Source: Gnetum montanum (taxonomy: Eukaryota; Plantae; Gnetophyta). Taken from it: DNA of 64,000 bases. Positions within the stretch are counted from its first letter, which is position 1, and every line of letters starts with the position of its first letter. The stretch covers positions 1,350,603-1,414,602 of the forward strand of contig MNCI01000651.1 of NCBI GenBank assembly GCA_015680685.1. The letters run 5' to 3'. Positions 61,930 through 64,000 of this stretch are shown here, piece by piece. The translations under genes were made by a program, and so were the position numbers. The notes beneath the pieces are model-generated. The model had not been told where the DNA came from, searched no databases, and saw only the letters and a list, made by a program, of their open reading frames with translations.

Positions 61930-62340
61930 ACAGAAAAGCACCTAAAACTTGGATATCCAAGCTTTATTTGCAGGTTTATTCTTCAGAAGCGCAGATCTCA
62001 GAACTTAAGCAGAAAAGCCTCAGAAAGTGCAGCAAAAGGAATACAGCAAAGAAACACGGCAGTCTTTTGCGTTAGCATTTGTCAAAAAGGGGTGCATAAA
62101 AGGTAGAAGCAAACAAAAGCTACAATGCTGAATTCAGGTCAAGATTTCATACATCTCGCAAAGCAGCGCAGCGTAGCGTAGAGTATAAATTAAACATCCG
62201 CCAGCGCCAGCCACAAAGATATTCAAATACAGACAACAATTGAATTATCACATTCTAGATTTGGACAAGTTTCGAAAGGACGGTTTATGGGCCCATAGAA
62301 AATAGCCTTTGTTTGAACAGAGCCTGAAACTGCAAACTGC
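61930..62340 (-). promoter_or_regulatory. Candidate LPP promoter / non-coding first exon
   Basis: Non-TE stretch with locally retained CpGs (GCAGCGCAGCGTAGCG, CCGCCAGCGCC), CT-rich on the minus strand like a plant 5'UTR, palindrome TATGGGCCCATA (site II-like TGGGCC) at 62286-62297, possible donor TTTTAG|GTGC near 61941. Confidence 0.4.
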
Positions 62341-63199
62341 TGTGTCATGAAATGAAGCGTCTTGGCTTTGCTTTGCTGTTCTTAAGAAAAAGGCAGATGC
62401 TAGTCGTGTTGGATGTTATTTTCCATGTTCTGTTCGCCTTGGAAAAGGAAATCCAACAAACGTGCTGGGCGTACTTCATGTTATTTTCAGCGATCTTTTT
62501 GAAAATCATGTTTGTTATTTGTCCAGAACATTTGAGAAGAGAATTGAAACTTTGACTATGTGTATGTTTCATTTAATATAATGCTTCCGCAACTCTGTCT
62601 GACAACTTTTTATCATTAATGGTAAGATTCTTGGTTGGTCCAAATCAAATACACCATAAAAATACAAATTTTAGGAAATGTAGGAGCTCTCCAAATATTT
62701 TTCATTTTCTTTACCTAAAAGTGCAATGGTAATTGCATTTTCCAGGCCTTATTGAATTTGTTTTGAATAAAATCATTCTTTGTAATAATCTCTTAAGTAA
62801 CTTTTAAATTAAAAGGGAATATATAGCTACCATCCTTCCAAAAAATATTTGAAAAAGCCTAATGCAAACTATTATTAACTTTAAATAAATACTCAAGGTT
62901 AGAAATTAAATTTTCAAAATTTCTTTTTTCCCTTTCTATTCAAAGCATAGATGCTAAAAGCTTTATTCCAAGTAAACTATCTATCATGTATACATAAATA
63001 AGAAACTACATTCATCCAAAATCAACTCCAAGTGGTACACAATTTAGATGCATTAGTAGCTCAAGCTCCTTACCGTGGGCTAATTTTCTTAATCATATCT
63101 TCTAAAACTGTAATATGATTGTAATTCTAATATTTACTAAGTTTACATCATGTCTTCCAAATTTACAACAAAATTGGAAAACTAGAAATAAAATAACCT

Positions 63200-64000
63200 A
63201 AGGAAAAAAAAGATAGTAAAAAAAGTTATTAGAAGACTAACTATTATCATTCTTAGGTTTTCCTTGCATAAGGCTATTTCTTAGAAAAAGCATCCAAACA
63301 TCATCTCCATTAATGTACTTTACAATCCATTTTTCTGCTAGAGAAATACCCTAGTTATAATAATTAATGAGGCCAAGTTCTCCATCTTTCTTGTTACTAG
63401 TACAAATATCTCAAGCAACTCTAAAAAAACCTTTTTAAGGTTCCTTAACAGACTAAAGAAACCAATAGATAATATGATCAATTCTATCATAAGAAGTTTT
63501 AGAAGAAGTCCAATAACTAGAGCCACATAATTTCATAGTAACATTGGGCTTGAAAGAAAAAGGTATTCCAAAAATTTTGAAGACAGAATTTTTTTTTCAA
63601 CATTTTCAAAGGTTTGAGAGTAATTCATTGATCAATATTGCCATTACAATAAGTAAGAGATTTTGCCAATTGATCCAAGAGCTAGATAAAATGTAATAAT
63701 CCTCACTCTAGCTAAAGAGTATTGATATGTTGCCAAAAATTGTTGTTCATAAAGAAAGAATTATCTACAAAGTGCATGCTAAGCAATTATGTAGCTTGAT
63801 CATAAATTGAAATTTACTTAATGATATTACTTTTTAGATCATAATGTAGATTATGTGAAAGAAAGTTTGCAACAACAATGAAAAGATAGGGAGCTAGAGG
63901 ATAACCTTGATGAATTGACCATTGAAGAGAAAAAGAGGAACTTAATCAAAAATTGGTAGCAACTTGAGCATTAGCATTAATGAGTAGGGTATAGACAAGA
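63200..64000 (-). mobile_element. Old LINE RT remnant running off the window end
   Basis: Minus strand MHFVDNSFF (FADD equivalent), KIFGIPF (YLGIP equivalent), KWIVKYINGDDVW. Confidence 0.65.

Overview
Land-plant nuclear DNA with long, TE-filled introns and CpG-depleted background; species cannot be determined from the sequence. One host gene: a lipid phosphate phosphatase (PAP2/LPP family) on the minus strand. Six coding exons join in frame with GT-AG junctions, a 30,353-bp intron lies between the C2 and C3 catalytic motifs, the last exon was not found, and a probable promoter/5'UTR lies near 62 kb. Its C1 motif reads E-x6-RP rather than K-x6-RP. The rest is mostly decayed transposons: three Ty1/copia elements, several Ty3/gypsy-type pieces (including a non-autonomous element with CRM-like termini), solo-LTR-like repeats, tRNA-derived SINEs, RTE and L1 remnants. 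The most unusual feature is an L1-type LINE family with seven copies or fragments here. After the ORF2 zf-RVT/WKxRN motif it carries about 400 extra codons where plant L1s end or carry RNase H: a domain resembling LTR-retrotransposon accessory ORFs (Transposase_32-like, by eye), a coiled-coil and a conserved Cys/His-containing tail. The first domain is in frame with ORF2 in two copies, and one copy is bounded by a perfect 14-bp target-site duplication. All alignments and counts were done by eye.
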